Below are positions 47,279 to 57,486 of a stretch of 62,286 nt of DNA, one piece after another; within the stretch, counting starts at the first letter, position 1; every line of letters starts with the position of its first letter. The position numbers were made by a program, and so were the translations under genes. Origin of the DNA: Pseudomonadota bacterium (GTDB lineage Archaea; Thermoplasmatota; SW-10-69-26; JACQPN01; JAJPHT01); the NCBI GenBank assembly GCA_021325135.1, contig JAJPHT010000012.1:1-62286 (forward strand). The letters are read 5' to 3'. The notes under the pieces are model-generated. The model had not been told where the DNA came from and searched no databases. It was given only the letters and a program-made list of their open reading frames with translations.

Positions 47279-48541
47279 ATGGTGGCTGCTCGAACGCTCT
47301 TCGTGGCCTTGGCGATCCTCTCCGTGGGTCTCGCGGGCTGCATCGGAGCGAAGAACGGTGGAAAGGCCGACGTCAAGCTGGGCAACGTCACGAAGACCGA
47401 CACGTTCACGACGCCCCCCGACGGCCGATCCGGCAACATCTCCGCGTTCAGCGAGACGAACAAGACGGAGACGGGCGCCGGCGGCATCGCGCACACCCAC
47501 GACCTGTGGGCCGGCCGCAGCCGCGTCACCATCTTCCAGGGCCGCGTCAGCATGGACCCCACGCCGAACGACCAGAACCAGGCCACCACCTCGTTCCACA
47601 TCGCGCAGCCCGGCCTCGTCTACGAAGGCACCGGCTCGGTGGAGGTCAGCATCAGCGACCCCCAGCGCAAGGTGTGCGAAGGCGCCTTCAACCTCGACGG
47701 CGGCCCCGTGTGCAGCGACCGCGTGCCCGGCGCGCCCGCCCAGGCGCCCCAGGCCCCCGACCCCACGGGCGGCGGCACCCAGTTCATGCTCAAGTACGAG
47801 CACGCCTCGTCGAGCACCTACCTCGACGCCGGCTCGCTGACCTTCGGCAAGCCCACCGTCATCAAGATCACCGACCCCAAGCAGACGGACATGCCGCACT
47901 CCACGGCGTCCCTCTGGCAGTTCCAGATCATCTCGCCCAACGCGTATGACAACACGCTGACCTTCGTCGTCAAGGTGGACATCGTCCGCAACCCGGACTT
48001 CTCCATCCCGCTCTGGCCGGCGCACCCCAACTTCTACGCCGACAAGCACACGCGCGACATCTTCGATGGCACCGCCATCTCCGTGGGCACGGGCACGCAG
48101 AGCCCCACCGCCCCCAAGGAAGCGGGCCCCGTCACGCCGCAGCGCCTCATCAGCTACGGCACGCGCTCGCTCTACGTCTGGGCCAACATCACGGACGTCA
48201 CGGCCCCCAACCCGGCCACGGCGCCCACGACCTGGTTCCTCCACCACCTCAACGCGACGGGCATCTCCAACGTCACGAACCCCTTCGACAACGCGAACCA
48301 CAGCGCGGACAAGAAGAACCACTTCTGGATCCTGCCCGTGAACGACAGCGACATGGACTCCCCCTACCAGAGCACCAGCCGCTGGCAGTTCGAGCTGCGC
48401 GCCGCCCTGACCACGCCGGTCATCACCTGCTACGAAGGGTGCGCCGACTACCAGGTCAAGTACACCCTGGTCATCAAGGCCAGCGACGTCGTCGAGGACC
48501 CCTCGAAGTACGAGATCTACTGCGAGGACCGCACCTGCTGA
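47279..48541 (+). CDS. Lipoprotein (paralog of 48616-49884)
   Basis: LAGC lipobox; shared ITDPKQTDMPHSTASLWQF. Confidence 0.85.
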   Translation: MVAARTLFVALAILSVGLAGCIGAKNGGKADVKLGNVTKTDTFTTPPDGRSGNISAFSETNKTETGAGGIAHTHDLWAGRSRVTIFQGRVSMDPTPNDQNQATTSFHIAQPGLVYEGTGSVEVSISDPQRKVCEGAFNLDGGPVCSDRVPGAPAQAPQAPDPTGGGTQFMLKYEHASSSTYLDAGSLTFGKPTVIKITDPKQTDMPHSTASLWQFQIISPNAYDNTLTFVVKVDIVRNPDFSIPLWPAHPNFYADKHTRDIFDGTAISVGTGTQSPTAPKEAGPVTPQRLISYGTRSLYVWANITDVTAPNPATAPTTWFLHHLNATGISNVTNPFDNANHSADKKNHFWILPVNDSDMDSPYQSTSRWQFELRAALTTPVITCYEGCADYQVKYTLVIKASDVVEDPSKYEIYCEDRTC

Positions 48542-48615
48542 GGGCCCCCAGGCGGGGGCCCCTGGAGAGGGCGCGCACGGCAAGGCTTTAGGACCTGCAA
48601 GGGGTCGAAGCCCCC

Positions 48616-49884
48616 ATGGCTGTGCGGGTGCTCGTCCTCGTCGCCCTCCTCGTCGGAGCCGGCTTCGCCGGCTGCATCGGCGCCAAGGACTCCGGAAAGC
48701 AGAACTCGAAGATCACGACCTCGGGCACGAACACGAGCGTCTTCACGACGCCTCCGGACGGCCGCTCGGGGAACATCTCCGCGTTCAGCGAGACCAACAA
48801 GACCGAGATGGGCGCCGGCGGCATGGCCCACACCCACGACCTGTGGGCGGGCCGCACGCGCGTGACGCTCTTCGACCAGCAGGCCATGATCAGCCCCGGC
48901 ACCAGCATCCACGACCCCGCGTCGTGGGCCGAGGGCACGGCCGCCATCCTCACCGTGCCCCGCGGCCTCCTCGTCTTCGAGGGCACCGGCGCCGTGGACT
49001 TCACCATCACCGACCCCCAGCGCCACGCCTGCGAGGGCGCCATCCAGTTCCAGAACCACTTCGTCTGCACCGACGACACCACCTCCTTCGGCAGCCCCGC
49101 GCCCCCCGTCAGCGCGCCCGACCCCAGCGGCAGCGCGACGGGCCTCACGCTGCGCTATCGCAACGCCGCCACGAGCACCTGGATCGACGCGGGCCCCCTC
49201 GCATGGGGCACGCCGACGCACATCAAGATCACCGACCCCAAGCAGACGGACATGCCCCACTCCACGGCGTCCCTCTGGCAGTTCGAGGTCGTCTCGCCCA
49301 ACAGCTACGACCGCACGCTGGAGTTCCACGCCAAGGCGGAGATCATCCGCGGCGACGGGCCCATCCCCCTCTGGCCGGGCCACCCGCAGTTCTACACCAA
49401 CGAGACGCACGTCCGCGACGTCTTCGACGGCGACGCCACCAGCGTCAGCGGCACCACCAGCGGCATCGCCAACGGCGGCGACTCCCTGCCCATCTCGCCC
49501 AAGAAGCTCATCAGCTACGGCACGCGCAGCCTCTACGTCTGGGCGAACATCACGTCCATCTCGGCCACCAACCCCGCGACGGCGCCCGACTCGTTCTACC
49601 TCTACCACACCAACGCCACGGGCAAGGAGAACATCACGAACTCGGGCAACTCCAGCGCCTCGTCCGACAACGTGCACTTCTTCTGGGTCCTCCCGGTGCG
49701 CGACGACGACATGGACTCGCCCTACCAGGACAGCAGCCGCTTCCAGTTCCAGCTCAACGGCCAGCTCGCGAACTGCATCAACTGCGCGGACTACTCGATG
49801 AAGTACCACCTGACCATCAAGGCGTCCGACCTCGACGAGACCGGGAAGTACCACATCTACTGCTGGGACGCCAGCGACTGCTGA
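48616..49884 (+). CDS. Lipoprotein (paralog of 47279-48541)
   Basis: FAGC lipobox; extensive identity to the upstream gene. Confidence 0.85.
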   Translation: MAVRVLVLVALLVGAGFAGCIGAKDSGKQNSKITTSGTNTSVFTTPPDGRSGNISAFSETNKTEMGAGGMAHTHDLWAGRTRVTLFDQQAMISPGTSIHDPASWAEGTAAILTVPRGLLVFEGTGAVDFTITDPQRHACEGAIQFQNHFVCTDDTTSFGSPAPPVSAPDPSGSATGLTLRYRNAATSTWIDAGPLAWGTPTHIKITDPKQTDMPHSTASLWQFEVVSPNSYDRTLEFHAKAEIIRGDGPIPLWPGHPQFYTNETHVRDVFDGDATSVSGTTSGIANGGDSLPISPKKLISYGTRSLYVWANITSISATNPATAPDSFYLYHTNATGKENITNSGNSSASSDNVHFFWVLPVRDDDMDSPYQDSSRFQFQLNGQLANCINCADYSMKYHLTIKASDLDETGKYHIYCWDASDC

Positions 49885-49941
49885 GCAGGCGGCCCATACC
49901 TTGAAGTGGGGCGCCGGTTTTGCCGGCTCCACTTCCACCCT

Positions 49942-50026
49942 GCGGAGGTAGCCTAGCCCGGTCAAGGCGTCGGTCTCGAAAACCGATGGCTTCACGGCCT
50001 CGGGAGTTCGAATCTCCCCCTCCGCG
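49942..50026 (+). tRNA. tRNA-Ser(CGA)
   Basis: Acceptor GCGGAGG/CCTCCGC; anticodon arm TCGGT-CTCGAAA-ACCGA; long variable arm; GTTCGAATC T-loop. Confidence 0.93.
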
Positions 50027-50104
50027 CTTTCTCCCCCCTTAGCCCGCGCGATTCCCCGGCGTCGCTTCCGCGCACCTTAAGCCAGGGCGGCAGAACTCCC
50101 GGCC

Positions 50105-50890
50105 GTGCGCCTGGTCCCCTTCCTGGTCGCCCTCATCTTCACGCTCGTCGCGGCGGGCTGCACCTCGGGCCCGCTGGCCGACAAGATCAGCCACGTGGGC
50201 GCGGCGAACCACGACCTCGTCTCGGCGAAGGCCTACCCCAAGCTGTACGTGGAGATCGACAGCCCGTCGGGGTACGGCCCCAACGCGGACGCGCTCTCGG
50301 CGTTCCACGACGCGCTGGCGCAGGTGAGCGGCCGCAGCGGCGCGGACGTCGTGCTGGACACCAGCGACACGTCCATCCCCGCGGAGCCGGGGCACAAGTA
50401 CACCGAGCAGGAGATTCAGGACCTGGAGTCGAAGCACCGCAGCCACCACACGGGCGGCGACACGGCGGCGCTCTACATCCTCTACGTCGCGGGCGGGAAC
50501 GTCGCCGACAACGGGCAGACCTCGGTCCTGGGCGAGGCGTACCGCGGCACGAGCATCGCGATGTTCAAGGGGAACGTGCAGTCGACCTCCTCCTCGGGCG
50601 GGCTCTCCACGAAGCCCTCGGAATTGTGCGTCGAGCGCGCGGTGCTCATCCACGAGTTCGGCCACGACGCGGGGCTCGTGAACCTCGGCACGCCCATGCA
50701 GACGCCCCACGAGGACTCGGGGCACCCGGGCCACTCCAGCAACCAGGGCTCCGTCATGTACTGGGCCGTGGACGGCTCCGCCTCGCTGCTCAACCTGCTC
50801 ACCCCCCTGGGCGGCGGCTGCGAGCAGCAGATCCCCTGGCACTTCGACGACAACGACCTGGCCGACCTGCGCGCGCTCGCCGCGTCGTGA
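50105..50890 (+). CDS. Zinc metalloprotease lipoprotein
   Basis: AAGC lipobox; HEFGHDAGL; SVMYW Met-turn. Confidence 0.88.
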   Translation: MRLVPFLVALIFTLVAAGCTSGPLADKISHVGAANHDLVSAKAYPKLYVEIDSPSGYGPNADALSAFHDALAQVSGRSGADVVLDTSDTSIPAEPGHKYTEQEIQDLESKHRSHHTGGDTAALYILYVAGGNVADNGQTSVLGEAYRGTSIAMFKGNVQSTSSSGGLSTKPSELCVERAVLIHEFGHDAGLVNLGTPMQTPHEDSGHPGHSSNQGSVMYWAVDGSASLLNLLTPLGGGCEQQIPWHFDDNDLADLRALAAS

Positions 50891-50935
50891 ATCCAGAACG
50901 GAACGGTCAAGACCCGACCGGGCCTCGTCGCGGGC

Positions 50936-51121
50936 ATGCACGACAGGCTGTACGACGAGGCCCTCACCATGAGCGTGAACAAGAACCTCGTCGACGTCAC
51001 GACGCTCCTGGAGTTCGCCCAAGGAACGGAGAACGTCCTGGAGAAGGCGCGCCACATCGACCGCGCCGTGGAGCTTCTTTCAGACGTGCGCCGGCAGCTT
51101 GTCCACCTGGGCGCGCCCTAA
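50936..51121 (+). CDS. Small hypothetical protein
   Basis: Helical composition; host codon usage. Confidence 0.6.
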   Translation: MHDRLYDEALTMSVNKNLVDVTTLLEFAQGTENVLEKARHIDRAVELLSDVRRQLVHLGAP

Positions 51122-51327
51122 GGCGGGGGGTCCGGGGGGCGCAGCCCCCTGACGTCTCGGTCGTCTGCTGGAACGGCTCTTTCACGTCAGGGGGGCGAGC
51201 CCCCCTGAAACCCCCCATTTTGGCCGCGCCGCAGCGCGGCCGGACGACGATTGTCATGACGTTTGTCCTGGGTCCATCGACACCGCGGCCGGAACCCGCA
51301 TCCCCCTGCCCGCCCGCTCCTCGCCCC

Positions 51328-51705
51328 ATGCCCGAGCATCCGCCCGTTCCGGGGCCGCTCGTGATGCCCAACTTCCTGGCGGTCGAGGAGGCGCTCGGCG
51401 ATGTGACGTTCCCCATCGCGAAGCGCGACCTCCTGGACATCATCGGCGCGGGCGACGAGGCGCCCACGGCGCTCCTGGGGGGGCGCAACGTGGACCTGGC
51501 AGACCTCGTGGCCGAGCTTTCCGAGGACTACTTCGAAAGCGAGGAGGACTTCCGCGCCGCCATGGAGCGGCGCTTCGCCGCGCTGCCCAACGACCCCGAC
51601 CCCGAGCCGCTCCCCACGGGCCCCCAATCGGGCTGGCAGGCGGACGCCGGGCCCGGAGCGGCGGGCGGCGCCGACGAGTACGTGGAGCCTCCCGAAGGGC
51701 TCTGA
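51328..51705 (+). CDS. DUF2795-like small acidic protein
   Basis: LGDVTFPIAKRDL..FES. Confidence 0.6.
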   Translation: MPEHPPVPGPLVMPNFLAVEEALGDVTFPIAKRDLLDIIGAGDEAPTALLGGRNVDLADLVAELSEDYFESEEDFRAAMERRFAALPNDPDPEPLPTGPQSGWQADAGPGAAGGADEYVEPPEGL

Positions 51706-51777
51706 GGGCGCCGCGTGGCCGGTTTGTTCCAGAACGGGCTAACCGCCGCCAGGGTCCCCGGGCATCGGGTCACTCCC

Positions 51778-52044
51778 ATGGCCAACCAGGACCGGAACCA
51801 GCAGAAGGGCAACCAGGGCAACGCGAACATTGGCGAGGAGAAGGAGAACGTCCAGAACCAGCAGGGCCGCAACCTGCAGCAGGGCCAGAGCCAGGGCCAG
51901 AACCGCAGCAACCTCGGCGGCTCCCAGAACGTCGGCCGCCAGGGTGGCCAGGGGCAGCCCGGCTTCCAGGGCTCCCAGCAGCAGAACAAGGGCTCCATGG
52001 GCTCCCAGGAGAGCGAGGAGTCCGAGTCCGAGACGGACGAGTGA
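51778..52044 (+). CDS. Gln/Gly/Asn-rich hydrophilic (stress-type) protein
   Basis: Low-complexity MANQDRNQQKG.. Confidence 0.7.
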   Translation: MANQDRNQQKGNQGNANIGEEKENVQNQQGRNLQQGQSQGQNRSNLGGSQNVGRQGGQGQPGFQGSQQQNKGSMGSQESEESESETDE

Positions 52045-52077
52045 GCCTCCCGCCATCCAGCGCCGGGCGGCGCCCCC

Positions 52078-52854
52078 TCAGTACGAGATGGGGATGCCCG
52101 GCGCGCCTTTCTTCTCGTATTCGTCCTCGGTGTAGTGCTTGATGGGCTTCGCCGGGACGCCGCCCCACACCTCGTGGGCCGGGATCTTCGTCCCCTTGGG
52201 CACGAAGCTCATGGCGCCCACCGCGCTGCCGTCGCCGATCTCGACGCCGGGGCCGATGACCGTGTTGATGCCGATGACCGCGCGCTTGCCGACGCGCACG
52301 GCCTGCGCCTTCACCATGCCGTTCTCCACGAGGTGCGCGACGAGCTTCGCGTCGCCGCCCACGACGGACTTGTCCTCCAGCACGAGGAGGTTGTGGTCGT
52401 TGAGGCGCGCCGTGTTGACGTACACGCCCTTGCCGATCTTCGCGCCGTTGGCTTTGAGGTAGTACGTCCACAGGGGCGTCGCGCGCATGGCCTCGCCGCA
52501 GAAGATGCGCACGACGCTGATGCTCGCGTTGTAGCTGCCCCAGCGGATGACGGTCCACGAGTAGTCGTGGAGCACGTGCTCGCCCGGGTCGGTGCGCCAG
52601 CGCATGAGGCGGTTCCACCCCGCCGAGAGGAACATGAGGAAGACGGCGAAGAGGATGTACGCCGGGATGAGGCTCGTCGCGACGATCACGTAGCGGCCGT
52701 AGGGCTCCAGCACGCCGAAGTTGCGCGAGCGCGCCAGCGTGAACTGCCAGAAGAGGAGCGCCGGCAGCACGGCGAGGCCGAAGAGGGCCGACTGCGAGAC
52801 GAGGAGCAGGGAACCCCCCAGCGCGGTGCGCGCCATGACGCCGGGCTTCACCAT
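52078..52854 (-). CDS. Membrane-bound hexapeptide-repeat acyltransferase
   Basis: GAKIGKGV, VGKRAVIG, WGGVPAKPI. Confidence 0.88.
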   Translation of the reverse strand: MVKPGVMARTALGGSLLLVSQSALFGLAVLPALLFWQFTLARSRNFGVLEPYGRYVIVATSLIPAYILFAVFLMFLSAGWNRLMRWRTDPGEHVLHDYSWTVIRWGSYNASISVVRIFCGEAMRATPLWTYYLKANGAKIGKGVYVNTARLNDHNLLVLEDKSVVGGDAKLVAHLVENGMVKAQAVRVGKRAVIGINTVIGPGVEIGDGSAVGAMSFVPKGTKIPAHEVWGGVPAKPIKHYTEDEYEKKGAPGIPISY

Positions 52855-53513
52855 CCGGCCCGCGCCTCCGCAAGGAGCGCCTTCACGCGCTCCATGATGT
52901 CATCCGTCGCGTCGCGCATCCGCTGCTTGTCCTCCGCGTCCGCGGGCTTGAGATCAAGCCGGAGGGGCGCGCCCACGACGAGGCGCACGCGGCACCCGAA
53001 GCGCGGGAGGCGGACGTGCCGCGGCCAGAACGAGGAGGTGTCGATGCCCAGGGGCACGACGGGGGCGCCGGAGAGTGCGGCGATGCGCGCGACGCCGGTC
53101 CTGCCGCGGCGCACCTGCCCGGGCCGGCTGCGCGTGCCCTCGGGGAAGACGCCCACGACCCTGCCCTCGCCCAGCGCACGCACGGCGGCGGAGACGGCGC
53201 CCTCGTTGCCGCCCGACTCGCGGTCCACCTTGATGCAGCCGAAGGCCCCCATGGCGAGGCGGCCCGCCGCGTTGCGGAAGAGGTCGCCCTTGGCCATCCA
53301 GTAGGTGGGGCGCGGGATGGCGTCGTTGATGAGGATGGGGTCGGCCCACGAGAGGTGGTTCGACGCGACCAGGGCGGGCCCCGCGGCGGGGACGTGCTCC
53401 AGGCCTTTGGTCTGGAGGCGCGCGAGGGCGCGCACGGGCCCGCGGGCGGTGAGGGAGAGGAAGCGGTACGCGGGCGTCGCCGACCTCCAGTCGGGGCTCG
53501 CGTGCCAGCTCAT
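52848..53513 (-). CDS. PlsC-like lysophospholipid acyltransferase
   Basis: NHLSWAD, FPEGTRS. Confidence 0.92.
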   Translation of the reverse strand: MSWHASPDWRSATPAYRFLSLTARGPVRALARLQTKGLEHVPAAGPALVASNHLSWADPILINDAIPRPTYWMAKGDLFRNAAGRLAMGAFGCIKVDRESGGNEGAVSAAVRALGEGRVVGVFPEGTRSRPGQVRRGRTGVARIAALSGAPVVPLGIDTSSFWPRHVRLPRFGCRVRLVVGAPLRLDLKPADAEDKQRMRDATDDIMERVKALLAEARAGW

Positions 53514-53578
53514 GCCGCCGGGACCCGCCTGGGGGCTTTAGAACCCTGCGCTGGAGGGGCTCCGTCTTTTTGGGGCCC

Positions 53579-53698
53579 CCTGGTCCAGGGTCCAAAGAAC
53601 GCGACGAGCGCCACGAGCGCGAAGGACGCGACGACGAAAGACGCCGTCGCGACCTTGGCGCTCTTCGCGCTCGTCGCGTTCTTTGGACCCTTGACGAG
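53579..53698. repeat. REP-like long palindrome
   Basis: Same family as 42039-42154. Confidence 0.88.
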
Positions 53699-53793
53699 AG
53701 GGTACAATTCCGAGAATCCCTAGCACGCCCCTTGTCCCTTCGAGGTTTGCCGGAGCGGGTTCAAGTCCCCTCTGTCGGTGGTCCCCTCCGGAC

Positions 53794-54804
53794 ATGACCA
53801 TGCGACACTCCCATGCGTTCCTGGCGCTCCTTGCCGTCGCGCTGCTGGCCCTTGCGGGCGGCGCCGCGGCCGCGGGCAGCCCCCCGAAGCTCACCGAGGA
53901 GGGCGGCAAGATCGTGCTCTCCAACGACCAGGTGCAGGTCTGGCTGAAGGACAAGAAGCCCACCCTGCGCGTCCTGCCCCCTGCGGCGAAGGACGAGAAC
54001 GCCACCGGCGCGTTCACGTACCGCTTCCTCGACGTCGTGGAGTACCGCGACCTGGACGGCAACGGCGCGCCCAGCCCCGGCGAGGTCGTGCAGACGCTCA
54101 ACCTCGACCGCGCGGACGGCTGGACGCTGAACCGCACCTCCTCCGACACGGTCGCCGTGCTCAACATGACGCTGGCGGACGACGTGAAGGCCGCCAACGC
54201 GCCCGACCTGCCCAAGCCCCCCGTGGGCCTCCCCGCGGACCGCGCGGCGCAGGTGAGCCTCGTCTTCACGCTACGCGGCGACGACGCGACGACGCTGGCG
54301 GGCCTCGCGAACCTCTCGGTGCGCGCCTCCTCCGTGGAGTCCGACCTCGTCGTCGCCAAGTGGCCCTTCCTCGACGCGGCCAACGACCGCCTCGCGCTGG
54401 AGAGCGACGTCACGGGCTCCGCGAAGGCGCTCAACTCCTCGGGCGTCGAGTCCGCCGCCGTCTCTTCGCCCAACGGCACCGCGCTGGGCTCGCTCTCGTG
54501 GACCACGATCGCGCAGGGCAAGACCGCCGCGGGAAGCCCGGTAGCCGTGCCCGTGCGCGCCGCGCTGGAGCCGCAGACCGACGCCACGGGCGCCGCCACC
54601 GGCGTCACGCGCCTGGCGCTGACCTACGACGCGCCCGCCGTCGCGAGCCTCGCGCACCAGGGCACCGTGGGCCTCTTCCCCACGACGGTCCTGGGCGCCA
54701 CGGGCATCGCGGGCTCGAGCGCCTCGAAGCTCACGCCCGGGCCCGGCGTCGTCCTCGCCGTGGGCGCGGCCGCCGTCGCGGCCTTCGCGCTGCGGCGCCG
54801 ATGA
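53794..54804 (+). CDS. Secreted surface protein with C-terminal sorting signal
   Basis: Signal peptide; DLDGNG Ca-binding-like loop; TPG-TM-RRR tail. Confidence 0.82.
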   Translation: MTMRHSHAFLALLAVALLALAGGAAAAGSPPKLTEEGGKIVLSNDQVQVWLKDKKPTLRVLPPAAKDENATGAFTYRFLDVVEYRDLDGNGAPSPGEVVQTLNLDRADGWTLNRTSSDTVAVLNMTLADDVKAANAPDLPKPPVGLPADRAAQVSLVFTLRGDDATTLAGLANLSVRASSVESDLVVAKWPFLDAANDRLALESDVTGSAKALNSSGVESAAVSSPNGTALGSLSWTTIAQGKTAAGSPVAVPVRAALEPQTDATGAATGVTRLALTYDAPAVASLAHQGTVGLFPTTVLGATGIAGSSASKLTPGPGVVLAVGAAAVAAFALRRR

Positions 54805-54879
54805 GGCTGGACTGTCCCAAGGGGTACAACAATCGCTAACCCCCCTTGGGGGCGACGGCGGGGCAAGGACGGACTCCCC

Positions 54880-55794
54880 GTGAAGTTCCCCCGCACCCTC
54901 CTCGCCGTCGCCCTCTCCTCCCTCCTCGTCCTCACGCTCCTGCCCACCGCCACGCCGGCGGCCCCCGGGCCCGAGCGCGCCATGTTCGTCTTCCCCGCCT
55001 CGGCGGACCGCACGACGCCCGCCGCCGCGGTGCCCCCCAACGTCCCCACCACGGGCGGCTGGATCGGCCCCGGCGCGCACCTCCTCATCACGTTCGACTC
55101 GGTCCCGGGCACCATCTTCGGCTGCACGGCCAACTACCTCTGGAAGGCCGGCACCACGACCTACCTGGGCGCCGCGGGCCACTGCTACATCCCGCCTGGC
55201 ACCACCGCGACGCACGGCACCGGCGCCGACTACAACCCCTCCGGCACGCACGTGCGCGTCTGCGTCTCGGGCTGCGAGTTCGGCGGCGAGACCGGCTTCA
55301 TCATCCAGGGCACCACCGTCGCCTTGGGCGCCGTCGCCTACGGGCGGCAGACCGCGTCGGACGGCGACATCGGCAACGACTTCGGCATCGTCGCCATCCC
55401 ATCGAGCCAGATGTCGCGCACGACGCCCACCATGCCCGTCTGGAACGGCCCCACCTCGGGCAGCCCCGGCGTCGGCCTGGGCGCCGTCTGCTTCTACGGC
55501 AACGCCGCGGGCCTGGGCGAGACGGTCGCCACCAAGGCGCGCGCGGGCGTCGTGACGGTCATCGGCACCAAGGCCTGGAACGCCGTGCTCCCCGTGTTCG
55601 AGGGCGACTCCGGCTCCGCCCTGGAGCGCTGCACCGCCGACGCGTCGGGCGCCGTCCACGGCACCGCCGCCGTGGGCATCGTCACGCACCTCACCGTGGG
55701 CCAGAACACCGCGGCGGGCACCACCATGGCCCGCGCCGAGCAGATGGCCACCGAGGCCGGCCTCACCATCACGCCGGTGCTCTCGGCGATCTGA
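54880..55794 (+). CDS. Secreted trypsin-like serine protease
   Basis: CTANY, AGHC, DFG, GDSGS. Confidence 0.85.
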   Translation: MKFPRTLLAVALSSLLVLTLLPTATPAAPGPERAMFVFPASADRTTPAAAVPPNVPTTGGWIGPGAHLLITFDSVPGTIFGCTANYLWKAGTTTYLGAAGHCYIPPGTTATHGTGADYNPSGTHVRVCVSGCEFGGETGFIIQGTTVALGAVAYGRQTASDGDIGNDFGIVAIPSSQMSRTTPTMPVWNGPTSGSPGVGLGAVCFYGNAAGLGETVATKARAGVVTVIGTKAWNAVLPVFEGDSGSALERCTADASGAVHGTAAVGIVTHLTVGQNTAAGTTMARAEQMATEAGLTITPVLSAI

Positions 55795-55909
55795 GGCCCT
55801 GCCCTTGCTCGCTGGGGGACGGCGTCCCCCAGGCGAAAGACCGCAGGCGAGAACAATCAGGGTCGGCTGCCCCAAGCCTTTATCTCGGGCCCACCCGTGA
55901 GGGAGCCCC

Positions 55910-57313
55910 ATGGTCCTGGACGCCCTGGGCGAGAGCCTGCGAACCACGCTCGCCAAGATCGCCAAGACGGGCACCATCGACGAGAAGTCCATCAAGGAGA
56001 TGGTGCGCGACATCCAGCGCGCGCTCCTCCAGGCCGACGTCAACGTGAAGCTCGCCCTCAAGCTCACGCGCGAGATCGAGCGGCGCGCGCTCTCGGAGAA
56101 GCCCTCCTCGTTGGCGGGCGCCCGCGAGCACGTCGTCAAGATCGTGTACGAGGAGCTGGTCAAGGTCCTCGGCACCGCGCGGGAGATCAAGCCAGGCAAG
56201 AAGCAGACCGTCATGATGGTCGGCCTCTACGGCCAGGGCAAGACCACCACCACGGGCAAGCTGGGGAAGTGGTTCAGCAAGAAGGGGCTCAAGGTCGGCT
56301 TCATCGCGGCCGACGTGCACCGCCCCGCCGCCTACGAGCAGCTCAAGACGCTCGCGCAGCAGTCCAACTCCCTCTTCTACGGCGAGCCCGACGCGTGGAA
56401 GGGGCAGGAGAAGGACGAGACCGAGATGCAGCTTGGCGGCCGCGTCGCGGCGCAGATCGTCGAGCGCGGCCTCAAGGAGCTTCGCCCCAAGTGCGACGTC
56501 GTCATCGTCGACACCGCGGGCCGCGACAAGCTGGAGGAGGGCCTCATCGAGGAGATGAAGGAGGTCTTCAACGTCGCGAAGCCCGACGAGAAGTTCCTCG
56601 TCATCGACGCGCAGGTGGGCCAGCAGGCGGGGCCCCAGGCGCGCGCGTTCCACGAGGCCGTGCAGGTCACGGGCGTCATCGTCACGAAGCTCGACGGCAC
56701 GGCCAAGGGCGGCGGCGCGCTCTCCGCCGTCTCCGAGACGCAGGCCCCCGTCATGTGGATCGGCGTGGGCGAGAAGATCGACGACCTGGAGAAGTTCGAC
56801 TCCGCCCGCTTCATCTCGCGCCTCCTGGGCATGGGCGACATCCAGACGCTCCTGGAGAAGGCGCAGGAGGCCGTGGGCGAGGACGCCGAAGAAGCCGAGG
56901 ACATGGCCAAGAAGATCATGACCGGCCGCTTCTCCCTCGTCGAGATGCGCCAGCAGATGGAGATGCTCTCCGGCATGGGGCCCCTCTCCAAGGTGCTCGA
57001 CATGCTGCCGGGCCTGGGCGCCGCGCGCGCGAAGATGCAGAACGCGCAGATGGAAGCGACCCAGAAGAAGTTCGAGCAGTTCAAGATCGTCATGTCCTCC
57101 ATGACGCGCTACGAGATGGAGAACCCCGGAGAGATCAAGTCCAGCCGCATCCGCCGCATCGCGCGCGGCGCGGGCGTCGAGGCGAAGGACGTGAAGGACC
57201 TCCTCGCCTACTACGAGACGTCCAAGAAGACGATGAAGGGCATCGCGGGCAACAAGAAGATGCAGCGCAAGCTCATGGCGCAGTTCAAGATGGACGGCAT
57301 GGACGGGCCCTGA
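55910..57313 (+). CDS. srp54: Signal recognition particle protein SRP54
   Basis: GLYGQGKTTT, DTAGR, TKLDGTAKGGGALS, M domain SRIRRIARGAG. Confidence 0.97.
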   Translation: MVLDALGESLRTTLAKIAKTGTIDEKSIKEMVRDIQRALLQADVNVKLALKLTREIERRALSEKPSSLAGAREHVVKIVYEELVKVLGTAREIKPGKKQTVMMVGLYGQGKTTTTGKLGKWFSKKGLKVGFIAADVHRPAAYEQLKTLAQQSNSLFYGEPDAWKGQEKDETEMQLGGRVAAQIVERGLKELRPKCDVVIVDTAGRDKLEEGLIEEMKEVFNVAKPDEKFLVIDAQVGQQAGPQARAFHEAVQVTGVIVTKLDGTAKGGGALSAVSETQAPVMWIGVGEKIDDLEKFDSARFISRLLGMGDIQTLLEKAQEAVGEDAEEAEDMAKKIMTGRFSLVEMRQQMEMLSGMGPLSKVLDMLPGLGAARAKMQNAQMEATQKKFEQFKIVMSSMTRYEMENPGEIKSSRIRRIARGAGVEAKDVKDLLAYYETSKKTMKGIAGNKKMQRKLMAQFKMDGMDGP

Positions 57314-57486
57314 GCCTTATTCCTGGGGGAATCCCCCTCTGCGGCCCTCGCCTGCGGGGCCTCTTCCGGAGCGGGCGGGCCCGGGGAAAAAGACGGGGTG
57401 CCGGGGCCCGGCGCCCCAAGGGCCCTCCTGCCGGGCGTTCGTTCCTCAATTGTTATCCCCCCTCGTCCCAACGCCCCTGGTCGTCC

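Noticed and set aside
49942-50026. tRNA-Ser as the attachment site of the element
   Set aside because: It is 34 kb from the integrase, and no duplicated tRNA 3' end was seen near the element boundary
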